Shown here: in pieces, positions 1 through 7,867 of the stretch
Layout of the letters: every line of letters begins with the position of its first letter
Numbering within the stretch: the stretch's first letter is position 1
NCBI GenBank assembly: GCA_041662745.1
Contig: JBAZRV010000008.1
Coordinates: 1 to 32,000 of the forward strand
Reading direction: 5' to 3'
From: Patescibacteria group bacterium
Lineage (GTDB): Bacteria; Patescibacteriota; Patescibacteriia; 2-01-FULL-39-33
DNA: 32,000 nucleotides
Translations under genes and position numbers: made by a program
The notes under the pieces: generated by a model
What the model was told of the DNA's origin: nothing
Seen by the model: only the letters and a program-made list of their open reading frames with translations
The model's database searches: none

Positions 1-75
1 GCGACGCTCGACTGCTCTTTTCGCCTTCCGGCTCAAAGCTTGTCTCGCTTCTGACCTGTTCGATTCTCGCCCCGA

Positions 76-119
76 TATTAAATATTTAAAACCAACTTGA
101 TAATTGGTTTTAATATTTA
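76..119. other. Long AT-rich imperfect hairpin just downstream of tRNA-Trp; possible terminator or processing signal
   Basis: 81-95 aatatttaaaaccaa pairs with 104-118 ttggttttaatattt (one bulged T). The loop is 96-103 cttgataa. It sits 5 nt beyond the 3' end of the minus-strand tRNA-Trp. Confidence 0.35.
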
Positions 120-123
120 CTAG

Positions 124-194
124 CACGGGGTGAAGGAATCGAACCCTCGCTAAAGGTTTTGGAGACCTCTGTACTACCACTATACGAACCCCGC
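124..194 (-). tRNA. trnW: tRNA-Trp (anticodon CCA)
   Basis: The reverse complement folds by hand as a 71-nt cloverleaf. Acceptor GCGGGGT/ACCCCGT, D-stem GTAT/GTAC, anticodon stem GAGGT/ACCTT with loop CTCCAAA (CCA), T-stem GAGGG/CCTTC with loop TTCGATT, discriminator G. No CCA is encoded. Confidence 0.9.
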
Positions 195-237
195 ATAAAG
201 CGCGGTTTAATCCAACGCTAAATACCAAAATTAATAA

Positions 238-393
238 TTATTTGGTTTCTTTATGCATCGTGTGCTTGCGGCAGTGTTTGCAGTATTTGTTCATTTCCAA
301 TCTGCTCTTGAGAAGCTTCTTATTTTTGCTGGAAAAATAATTTATCTTCTTGCACTCGGTGCACTCAAATTTGATCATGTTGTCTTGAGACAT
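238..393 (-). CDS. rpmG: 50S ribosomal protein L33 (zinc-ribbon type), 51 aa; below the ORF-track length cutoff
   Basis: Manual translation gives [51 protein letters not shown]. It has the CxxC...CxxC pattern and the characteristic L33 C-terminus KYCxxCRKHTxHKETK. It lies between tRNA-Thr and tRNA-Trp, a common bacterial context. Confidence 0.9.
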   Translation of the reverse strand: MSQDNMIKFECTECKKINYFSSKNKKLLKSRLEMNKYCKHCRKHTMHKETK

Positions 394-416
394 AAAATTT
401 ACATTAGTTTTACCTA

Positions 417-489
417 AGCCAACTGTCGGACTCGAACCGACGACCTACGGTTTACAAAACCGTTGCTCTACCAGCTGAGCTAAGTTGGC
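417..489 (-). tRNA. trnT: tRNA-Thr (anticodon UGU)
   Basis: The reverse complement is GCCAACT TA GCTC AGCTGGT AGAGC A ACGGT TTTGTAA ACCGT AGGTC GTCGG TTCGAGT CCGAC AGTTGGC T. It is a perfect 73-nt cloverleaf with anticodon TGT. Confidence 0.93.
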
Positions 490-549
490 CTATATAGTAA
501 AATGGCCTTAAATATTAAAATTGCCCTTTTATCTTAACATATTTTTATC

Positions 550-576
550 AAAAAAGCAAGCCAAGCCGATTTTGGC
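550..576 (-). terminator. Weak candidate intrinsic terminator after miaB
   Basis: On the minus strand, GCCAA-aatcggc-TTGGC (572-576 pairs with 560-564) is followed by TTGCTTTTTT. The stem is only 5 bp. Confidence 0.35.
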
Positions 577-581
577 CAAAA

Positions 582-1850
582 TCAACCGAGAATCTTCTCC
601 CCGGCCAAAGAAAAACTCTTGGCTGATGTTATCTTAACCTTAACCGTCTGTCCGATTAGTTTCTTGGGCCCGCCAAAAGCCACTACTTTGCCCGAGGCGG
701 TTCGGCCGTAGCATTTACCTGCCTTGTAGCCGTCAACCAAAATCGCTTCCACCCGTCCCAGATACTTCTGATTATTAGCCAAGGCCGTCTGCTTTAAAAT
801 ATCATTCAACTCCTCCTCGCGCCGTTTCTTCTCCGCTTGGGGCACATTATCCTTCAACTTGGCGGCGGCGGTTTGCGGCCGCGGCGAATATTGCGCCAGA
901 TAAGCCATATCAAACCGGCACTGACGCATCAATTTAGCTGTATTCAAAAATTGTTTTTTGGATTCGCCGGGAAAACCGACGATGATATCGGTGGAAATAG
1001 CGATATCGGGTCTGGCGCGCCTGAAACGATTAACCAAAGCCAAAAATTTCTTGGCCGTATATCTGCGATTCATGGCTTTCAGAATCACATCGTCGCCTGA
1101 CTGCAAAGCCAAATGCAAATGTGGCGCGATATGCCGGCCATTGGCCATAACCCTTATCAATTCAGCAGACAGGTCTTTAGGGTGCGAAGTCATAAACCTT
1201 AACCGGTAATTTCCGGGCAACTTGTCAATCTTGCTTAATAACTGCGAAAAATCAATTTCGCCGCATAAATAAGAATTAACATTCTGTCCCAACAGAATAA
1301 TTTCCTTATAACCCCGCTTAATCAAGCTCCGACATTCTTTGATGATGCTGTCAGCCGGCCGATGTTTCTCCCGGCCTCGCGTATGAGGCACGGCGCAATA
1401 AGAACAAAAATTATTACAGCCGTTACTAATCGGCACCAGGGCGGAAAATTCCGATGAAGGCTGGGCCGGCAAACACAGGTAATCTTCCGCCTTAAACGCT
1501 TCGCCGCCGCCCAAAATTTCCGGCAAGCGCCAAATTTCCGTAATCGGCATGATACTGTCGAAAAATTTCGACAGTTTTTTCCGATCCCTATCCAGAACGC
1601 AACCGGTCAAAATAGTCGTCAGCCGACCGGCCTGACGGCGTTTTTGCCACAATTGCGCCTTGCCCATAACCCGGTCCACGGCCGCTTGCCTGACCGAACA
1701 AGCCACGACGACAATCAAGTCGGCCGCACCCTCAGCCTCGCTCGCTCGCCAGCCCGAATCATTAAGCAAACGGCTGATGCGTTCGGCATCAGCCTGGTTC
1801 ATTTGGCAACCCAAGACAAGAAGATAGTATTTTTTAGCGGATTTTTTCAT
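582..1850 (-). CDS. miaB: tRNA methylthiotransferase of the MiaB family (radical SAM, UPF0004 + TRAM domains)
   Basis: N-terminal YYLLVLGCQMNQADAE, radical-SAM cluster motif CNNFCSYCAVPHTRGRE, and a C-terminal TRAM-like region GRVEAILVDG. The likely start is MKKSAKKYY at 1850; the ORF-track start at 1886 adds an implausible 12 aa. Confidence 0.85.
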   Translation of the reverse strand: MKKSAKKYYLLVLGCQMNQADAERISRLLNDSGWRASEAEGAADLIVVVACSVRQAAVDRVMGKAQLWQKRRQAGRLTTILTGCVLDRDRKKLSKFFDSIMPITEIWRLPEILGGGEAFKAEDYLCLPAQPSSEFSALVPISNGCNNFCSYCAVPHTRGREKHRPADSIIKECRSLIKRGYKEIILLGQNVNSYLCGEIDFSQLLSKIDKLPGNYRLRFMTSHPKDLSAELIRVMANGRHIAPHLHLALQSGDDVILKAMNRRYTAKKFLALVNRFRRARPDIAISTDIIVGFPGESKKQFLNTAKLMRQCRFDMAYLAQYSPRPQTAAAKLKDNVPQAEKKRREEELNDILKQTALANNQKYLGRVEAILVDGYKAGKCYGRTASGKVVAFGGPKKLIGQTVKVKITSAKSFSLAGEKILG

Positions 1851-1922
1851 GCAATTCATTATACAAAAAACACGAAAACAAATCAATGCTTCCGTGCCTC
1901 GGCCGATTATCCGATCGGACCG

Positions 1923-2057
1923 TTAGCTGGTCGCCACCCAAGCCAAGAGAGCGGAAATAGCCGCCGAACCCAAAAGCATCCAGGCGGTCATAGCGACAAC
2001 CTTTTTGACAATTGAAGTCTTGACGGCGGTAATAGTTGACGGCTGTTTATAGTTCAT
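1923..2057 (-). CDS. Possible 44-aa single-pass membrane peptide (not in the ORF track)
   Basis: Manual translation gives MNYKQPSTITAVKTSIVKKVVAMTAWMLLGSAAISALLAWVATS, with a hydrophobic C-terminal helix. It fills the gap between the 365-aa gene (stop at 2069) and miaB (start at 1850), starting 11 nt after the upstream stop. No clear SD. Confidence 0.35.
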   Translation of the reverse strand: MNYKQPSTITAVKTSIVKKVVAMTAWMLLGSAAISALLAWVATS

Positions 2058-2068
2058 AACCGCTATGA

Positions 2069-3166
2069 TTATTTAATGACGATTTTAATGCGTCCGGCAT
2101 CATCGGGGGTAATATCACGCCAAGACGGAGAAATATCCACTTTGATATCCTTAATTACTCCCGTCTTCTGGGCATAATCCATAATCTCATCGGCGGTACG
2201 GCCGGTAAAATTTGATTTTTCCAATATGGGGCTGTCGGCGGTTAAATATCCTTGCAAAGGGTAGTTGATTTTAACCGCTATGTTTTCCGAATTATTGGCA
2301 TCCAAAACAGTAATTTGTATCAATCGCTGATCAATGTCTTCCACGCTTAAATCATTAAAGTTAATTTTCTGAGCCTTGTCTTTTATCAACTCGGCTAAAG
2401 CGCCGGTATCCGCGCTGATAGTCTTAAGGCGCACTGTTCCGGTCATGGTGAAAAAACTCGCCTCGTCGCCCAACTTTTTATCAATCTTATAGCTGACCAA
2501 TTCGCCCAAAACGATTCCGGCGGTAGTAGAGGCCTGGGCTTCGGCTACGGCTTGAGCCACGAGTTCCTTTTTGGCGCGATTAATATCGGTTTCGCCGATT
2601 ACCTTAACGGCACCGGCAGCATTCTGTTGCAACGGACTGATAATCTGCCCAAAAATCTTGCTTTGCAGAACCGTTGCTAATTTAATTATGGTCAAATTCC
2701 CGCTGGTAATCGGCTGGAAAGCAGCCGGATCCTTGGGGAAGACGTTAACCGTTACGCTGCCGCCGGCCGGTATGTTGACACCTTCATCAGTCCTGACGAT
2801 AACCCCATTCTCTCCCTGCAATTGGGTGGTTCTGACCAACTGTTGGCTCTTGCTGTATTGATTGACTATTTTTACTTGGCCGACTATGTTTGAAGCTTGG
2901 GATTTGGTGGATGAAGCCTCAAACATTTTTTCTACGGTTTTATTAGTAATACTGAGAGTGCCGCCCACCGCTCCTTGCTTGGCGATTTCCGCCGGCGTAG
3001 AACTGGTTTTTATTTCCGTATTGAAACTTAAATTAACCACTTGCACCTCGGGCGTAATCACGATAGTCGCTTGAGAATAAAACAACAAAAACACGGCCGA
3101 GATGACAACCGCGGCGCAAATAATGAAAACAATGGCAATATTGCGATAGAGCGTTATTCTGCCCAT
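2069..3166 (-). CDS. Hypothetical protein with an N-terminal TM anchor and a beta-rich ectodomain, 365 aa
   Basis: Long ORF. N-terminal hydrophobic segment IAIVFIICAAVVISAVFLLF. Starts 4 nt after the stop of the upstream AAA+ gene. I recognise no family motif. Confidence 0.75.
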   Translation of the reverse strand: MGRITLYRNIAIVFIICAAVVISAVFLLFYSQATIVITPEVQVVNLSFNTEIKTSSTPAEIAKQGAVGGTLSITNKTVEKMFEASSTKSQASNIVGQVKIVNQYSKSQQLVRTTQLQGENGVIVRTDEGVNIPAGGSVTVNVFPKDPAAFQPITSGNLTIIKLATVLQSKIFGQIISPLQQNAAGAVKVIGETDINRAKKELVAQAVAEAQASTTAGIVLGELVSYKIDKKLGDEASFFTMTGTVRLKTISADTGALAELIKDKAQKINFNDLSVEDIDQRLIQITVLDANNSENIAVKINYPLQGYLTADSPILEKSNFTGRTADEIMDYAQKTGVIKDIKVDISPSWRDITPDDAGRIKIVIK

Positions 3167-3170
3167 AAGC

Positions 3171-4100
3171 TTAATTGTTTACCAGCCACTCTCTAACCAC
3201 CTTCCGGATGTCTTGATCGGTAACCCGCAACGGCTTCTTGCCGGCGGCGGCTAAATTCTCTATGTGAACCCGGCTGCAAGCCTCGTCAATGGCGTCAATG
3301 GCCTTATCCGGATAAGAACGCCCCTTGATGGCCTTAGTGGCCGTAACGGCCGTTTTAATGGCTGAGGGAGTGATAATAACTTTGTGGTACTTCTCGTAAA
3401 TAGCCTTGATGCCTTGCAGTATCTGTTCGGTTTGAGCCGCTGTCGGTTCGGAGACAAACACCGGCTGTAAACGGCGATCCAAAGTCTTGTCCTGCTTGAT
3501 GAATTTCAAGTATTCGTCTTTGGTGGTGGCGCCTACGACTTGCAATTCGCCACGCGCCAAAAGAGGCTTCAAGATATCGGCGGCGTTAATGGCTCCTTCA
3601 GCCACTCCGGCTTCGGCCAAAATATGTATCTCATCAATAAATAAAATAATAACGCGTTTGGCGGCAATAATCTCATCGGTTATCTTCTTTAATCGCTGTT
3701 CAAACTCGCCACGATACTTGGTGCCGGCCAAAATACCGGTCAAATCCAAGGCCAGAACTTTCTTGCCGTACAGGGAGTTGGGCACTTGTTTGGCAACAAT
3801 GCGCAAAGCCAAACCCTCCGCCACCGCAGTTTTGCCGACACCGGCAGCGCCGACCAAGACGGGATTATTCTTAGTGCGACGGGACAAAATCTCCACCACC
3901 CGAGAAATCTCATGATCGCGCCCGATAACCGGATCAAGCTTTTTTTCTACGGCCAAACGAGTCAGATCTCTGGAATATTTGGCTAAAATAGAACCGGAAT
4001 TAATGCCGACGCTGCCTCCGCCCCAACCTGATTGGCGATAAAGATAATATAAAACGGGGGCCAGAATCAAAACTCCGACAAGCAAAAGAATCTGATCCAT
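3171..4100 (-). CDS. Membrane-anchored AAA+ ATPase corresponding to only the D1 module of ClpA/ClpB/ClpC
   Basis: N-terminal TM helix ILLLVGVLILAPVLYYLY plus a Gly-rich linker. This is followed by LAKYSRDLTRLAVEKKLDPVIGRDHEISRVVEILSRRTKNNPVLVGAAGVGKTAVAEGLALRI (Walker A), ILFIDEIH (Walker B), GATT, LDRRLQPV and SYPDKAIDAIDEA. This is collinear with Clp/Hsp100 D1. There is no Clp_N domain, M-domain or D2. Confidence 0.85.
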   Translation of the reverse strand: MDQILLLVGVLILAPVLYYLYRQSGWGGGSVGINSGSILAKYSRDLTRLAVEKKLDPVIGRDHEISRVVEILSRRTKNNPVLVGAAGVGKTAVAEGLALRIVAKQVPNSLYGKKVLALDLTGILAGTKYRGEFEQRLKKITDEIIAAKRVIILFIDEIHILAEAGVAEGAINAADILKPLLARGELQVVGATTKDEYLKFIKQDKTLDRRLQPVFVSEPTAAQTEQILQGIKAIYEKYHKVIITPSAIKTAVTATKAIKGRSYPDKAIDAIDEACSRVHIENLAAAGKKPLRVTDQDIRKVVREWLVNN

Positions 4101-4164
4101 AAAAATTCATTAATTTTAAGACCGCTGACTTATGGTACTGCTTAAATTATAGCATAATTGCGGC

Positions 4165-7100
4165 CTAAGCCACAACCGTACCCGGCCCCAAAAGCTTTTC
4201 TGCGGCTTGCTTGAAAGATTCAGAATAATTAACCCGAAAATTAGTGCGGATCTTCTCTTTTCCGGCAGTATTGCTTATCATCAACTCAATGATATGATTG
4301 CCTGGGTAGGCGAAGATAAGCGCTTTAAGCTGTTTGGTTAAGTCATAATCCAAGGGCGGATTCAAATTGAAAGTAATAATCTTCTCAATTGTTTTCGGGG
4401 CCGAGACCGAAACAGCCGACTGCCGGCTGTTATCATAGCCATTGCCGTTACCCCACTGCCTCCGTCCGCGACTCGGCTGATCCCTAGAACTGACCAAAAA
4501 ATTATCCAAAGTTTCCTTTAATCCCTCTTGATTCAATATCGCCGCTAAATCGCAAAGGATCTTACGCTCACCGTCCTTGTCGGAGACGGTGCCGCTGGCG
4601 ATGATAATCGTATCCGGTTGCCATAAATGCGGGTTCTGTTCCAAAATTTTGGGAAAAACCAGAATCTCTATTTCGCCGGACGTATCTTCAACTTTGACAA
4701 ACAGCATGGCATCGCCTTTTTTGGTATAAATTTTCTTGACGTTAGTAATCACTCCCGCCACCCTGACTTGAACGCCGTCAACACAGCCCCTTAAGGTGGC
4801 GCAAGCGGCGGCATAATTGGAAGTAACAGCCGCATAATCGCTCATAGGATGCTCGGAGATATACAAACCCAGCGATTCTTTTTCCCATAACAGCTTGGTT
4901 TTTTTATCTAACGGCGGAGCCGGTTCCAATTTTAACCGAGGCAAAGCCACTTGGGGCGACAAATCAAACAGTGAGTCCTGTTTCTCATCGGTGCTTCTGG
5001 TTGCTTCCTGAATAAATTTCAACAGTCGCTCCATGTTCTGCAATAATAGATTGCGTTCGCTTAAAGAATCAGACGCTCCGGCTTTGATTAAAGCCTCCAG
5101 TGACCGTTTGTTCAAGTCCTTGCTTTTGACGCGGGACAAGAAATCAACCAAATCGGAATAGCGGCCGTTGGCTTTCCTCTCCGCGATTATTTCTTTGACA
5201 ATATTTTCGCCCAAACCTTTCACCGCCATCAAGCCAAAACGCACGCGAGGCTTGGCCGTGGCTAAAGTTTGCGCCACCACGCCGAAATCGGCAAACGACT
5301 CGTTAATATCGGGAGGCAGAACTTCAATGCCCAATTGGCGGCATTCATCAACCTCAATGGCGATGCGGTCAAGATTCTGCTGATCGGAAGTCAATAGCGC
5401 CGCCATGAACTCGGCCGGATAATTGGCTTTCAGGTAGGCGGTCTGATAAGCGATCAAGGCGTAGCAAGCGGCATGAGAACGATTGAAACCGTAAGCGGCA
5501 AAAGGCAAAATGAATTCCCAAATCTTCTCGGCCACGCGACGATCAATATTATTTTTGACCATGCCGTCCACCATTTTGATTTCCTGTTCATGCAATAATT
5601 CCTTAATCTTCTTGCCTACGGCCTTGCGCAACACATCGGCTTCGCCATAAGTGAAACCGGCCAAATCCCGGGCAATACGCAATAATTGTTCCTGATAGAC
5701 GGCCACGCCGTAAGTGCCTTTAAGAATCGGCTCCAGCTTTGGATGCAGATATTGAGGCTTCTTACGGCCATGCTTGCCGTTAATGTAATCAGGAATATAT
5801 TCCATCGGTCCGGGACGATACAGCGCCACCATGGCGATCAAATCTTCCAGATCTGTCGGGGCCAGTTGCTTTAAGTAACGTTTCATGCCGGCGCTTTCAA
5901 ACTGAAATACGCCGGTGGTTTTGCCTTCCTGAAAGAGCTTATAGCTTTTCTTGTCGTCTAAGGGAATACTATCAACATCTATGTCAATGTTATGAATTTT
6001 TTTAATGATGCGCAGCGCCTGTTCAATGATAGTCAAATTGGACAGGCCCAAAAAGTCCATTTTTAACAGCCCCAAATCTTCCACTGAGTGGCCTTCGTAC
6101 TGGACAACGATTGATTCGCCCGAGCCGTATTGGCGCGGCGCATAATAGTCCAGCGATTCCGGCGTAATCACTACGCCGCAGGCATGGGTGGAGGCATGAC
6201 GGCAGACGCCTTCCAACCGTTTGGCCGTGGCAATCAGCTTGGCGCCGTCGCTGTCATTTAAAATATCCTTCATCTCGGGCACCGCTTCGCAGGCCTCAGT
6301 CAAATTCATACCCATGGGTATCAGCTTGGCTACGCGATCGCAATAATTATAAGGCAGGCTCATTACCCGGCCCACATCGCGAATGGCGTTTCTGGCGGCC
6401 ATAGTGCCAAAAGTGATAATCTGCGCCACATGATCGCGTCCGTACTTGTCGGCCACATAGCTTAATACTTCATCACGCCGGCTGTCAGCGAAATCAGTAT
6501 CAATATCAGGCATGGAAATACGTTCGGGATTTAAGAAACGCTCAAACACCAAATCATACTTAACCGGATCAATATTAGTGATCTGCGTCAAATAAGACAC
6601 CAGGGAACCGGCGGCGGAACCGCGGCCCGGACCGACGACGATATTGCCATCTTTAGCCCAATTGATAAAATCGGAGACAATCAAAAAGTATCCGGCATAA
6701 CCGGTTTTAGCGATAACCGAAAGCTCGTAGGACAAACGCTCCCTGATCTCCGGCGTAATCTGTTCCGGTTTAAATCTCTCCCGTAACCCCTGCTCGCATA
6801 ATTCCCGCAAATAATCATCGGCGGTCTGGCCTTCGGGCAAAGGGAAATTGGGCAAGATATTATCGCCCAACTGCAATTCCAAATTGCACATCTCCGCCAC
6901 CTTCAGCGTATTGGCTATGACTTCAGGATGATCGGCGAAATCAGCGATCATTCGTTCCTGTGATTTGAACGACAAATCAAAACCGATGTAACTCATGCGA
7001 TCCTGGTCGCTCAAAGTTTTTTTGGTCTGAATGCAAAGGAGGGCATCCTGGGCATACTCGTCTTCCTGTCGCGGATAATGGACATCATTAGTCGCTACCA

Positions 7101-7704
7101 CGGCCGCACCGGTTTCTTCGGCCAAACGGTAGATTTGTTCATTTAGTTTATTCTGCTTGTCAAAATTAGGATGGTACTGCGCTTCCAAGAAAAAATTTTC
7201 CCGACCCAGCAAATCCTGATAGCGAGCGATCATCTCGCGCGCGCTTTTTAAATCATTGTTTAGAATATAACCCGGCAACTCTCCGGCAACGCAAGCGGTC
7301 AAGGCTATTAATCCTTCGTGATGTTCCTGCAACAACTCCCAATCAATGCGCGGCTTATAATAAAATCCCTGCAGATGGGCAATGGTCGTTAGTTTGACTA
7401 AATTATGATAACCAATCTTGTCTTTGGCTAACAAAATCAAATGCCAGGGCCGCTCGTCAATTTTGGGACGTTTATTCAAATGGCCGTTCCTGGCCACATA
7501 AGCCTCCACGCCGATAATCGGTTTTATCCCCGCCTTCTTGGCTTTTTTATAAAACTCTATCGCTCCGTACATTACGCCATGATCGGTCAAGGCCATGGCC
7601 GGCATCTCGTATTGCTTGGCGATTTTTATCAACTCATCAATCTGCCCCAAGCCGTCAAGCAAAGAGTAATGGGAGTGGACGTGGAGATGGACAAATTGAG
7701 ACAT
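4165..7704 (-). CDS. dnaE: DNA polymerase III alpha subunit
   Basis: PHP domain FVHLHVHSHYSLLDG. Collinear DnaE motifs PDIDTDF, GRVMSLPY, HACGVVI, DFLGL, ALYRPGP, FNRSHAACYA. OB-fold near the C-terminus. The likely start is MSQFVHLH at 7704; the ORF track extends to 7749. Confidence 0.95.
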   Translation of the reverse strand: MSQFVHLHVHSHYSLLDGLGQIDELIKIAKQYEMPAMALTDHGVMYGAIEFYKKAKKAGIKPIIGVEAYVARNGHLNKRPKIDERPWHLILLAKDKIGYHNLVKLTTIAHLQGFYYKPRIDWELLQEHHEGLIALTACVAGELPGYILNNDLKSAREMIARYQDLLGRENFFLEAQYHPNFDKQNKLNEQIYRLAEETGAAVVATNDVHYPRQEDEYAQDALLCIQTKKTLSDQDRMSYIGFDLSFKSQERMIADFADHPEVIANTLKVAEMCNLELQLGDNILPNFPLPEGQTADDYLRELCEQGLRERFKPEQITPEIRERLSYELSVIAKTGYAGYFLIVSDFINWAKDGNIVVGPGRGSAAGSLVSYLTQITNIDPVKYDLVFERFLNPERISMPDIDTDFADSRRDEVLSYVADKYGRDHVAQIITFGTMAARNAIRDVGRVMSLPYNYCDRVAKLIPMGMNLTEACEAVPEMKDILNDSDGAKLIATAKRLEGVCRHASTHACGVVITPESLDYYAPRQYGSGESIVVQYEGHSVEDLGLLKMDFLGLSNLTIIEQALRIIKKIHNIDIDVDSIPLDDKKSYKLFQEGKTTGVFQFESAGMKRYLKQLAPTDLEDLIAMVALYRPGPMEYIPDYINGKHGRKKPQYLHPKLEPILKGTYGVAVYQEQLLRIARDLAGFTYGEADVLRKAVGKKIKELLHEQEIKMVDGMVKNNIDRRVAEKIWEFILPFAAYGFNRSHAACYALIAYQTAYLKANYPAEFMAALLTSDQQNLDRIAIEVDECRQLGIEVLPPDINESFADFGVVAQTLATAKPRVRFGLMAVKGLGENIVKEIIAERKANGRYSDLVDFLSRVKSKDLNKRSLEALIKAGASDSLSERNLLLQNMERLLKFIQEATRSTDEKQDSLFDLSPQVALPRLKLEPAPPLDKKTKLLWEKESLGLYISEHPMSDYAAVTSNYAAACATLRGCVDGVQVRVAGVITNVKKIYTKKGDAMLFVKVEDTSGEIEILVFPKILEQNPHLWQPDTIIIASGTVSDKDGERKILCDLAAILNQEGLKETLDNFLVSSRDQPSRGRRQWGNGNGYDNSRQSAVSVSAPKTIEKIITFNLNPPLDYDLTKQLKALIFAYPGNHIIELMISNTAGKEKIRTNFRVNYSESFKQAAEKLLGPGTVVA

Positions 7705-7760
7705 GATTAATGGCTTAAATGTTTTTATAATAAGGGGAAAAATAACCAAAAATAACCGAT

Positions 7761-7794
7761 TAAAGACAAAAACTCCCCGATCAGAGAGAGTTTT
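7761..7794 (-). terminator. Candidate hairpin terminator after the HtrA-like gene
   Basis: 7769-7775 aaaactc pairs with 7788-7794 gagtttt (7 bp, 12-nt loop). On the minus strand it is followed by TGTCTTTAAT. It lies in the 163-nt gap upstream of dnaE. Confidence 0.3.
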
Positions 7795-7867
7795 GTTTAA
7801 TTAGAAAAAACCTTATCTCAAGTTTTATTATACAAAAAAACAGCGTTTAAACAAAATTAACAGCCGC

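Noticed and set aside
1-75. Possible small SRP (4.5S) RNA or tRNA fragment at the window edge
   Set aside because: The GGAA tetraloop hairpin has a ~9-bp distal stem before the AGCA-type internal loop, whereas canonical helix 8 has a short conserved stem. The GTTCGATTC string also lacks a pairing T-stem (ACCTG versus CTCGC). I cannot support either call from the sequence alone.
1851-1886. N-terminal extensions of ORF-track calls: miaB to 1886, dnaE to 7749, giant gene to 30329, multi-PAS kinase to the TTG at 20726
   Set aside because: Internal ATG codons give N-termini that match family expectations (MKKSAKKYYLLVLGCQMN; MSQFVHLHVHSHYS) or the paralog alignment (MSKRWLNL versus MKNKWLNL). The extensions add implausible residues or overlap the upstream gene.
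1644-2015. 123-aa + strand ORF
   Set aside because: It is antisense to the 5' part of miaB, whose GCQMN N-terminal domain is encoded on the other strand, and to the small TM ORF. It has no motif support.
4101-4164. TATAAT-like hexamer (gcTATAATtt on the minus strand) upstream of the AAA+ gene, as an internal promoter
   Set aside because: There is no convincing -35 or extended -10 element, and AT-rich hexamers are frequent in this sequence. Evidence is too weak for a feature call.
7738-7757. Tandem 10-mer aaaaataacc x2 in the dnaE upstream region
   Set aside because: There are only two copies in an AT-rich intergenic region, with no matching site elsewhere in the window. It is probably chance.
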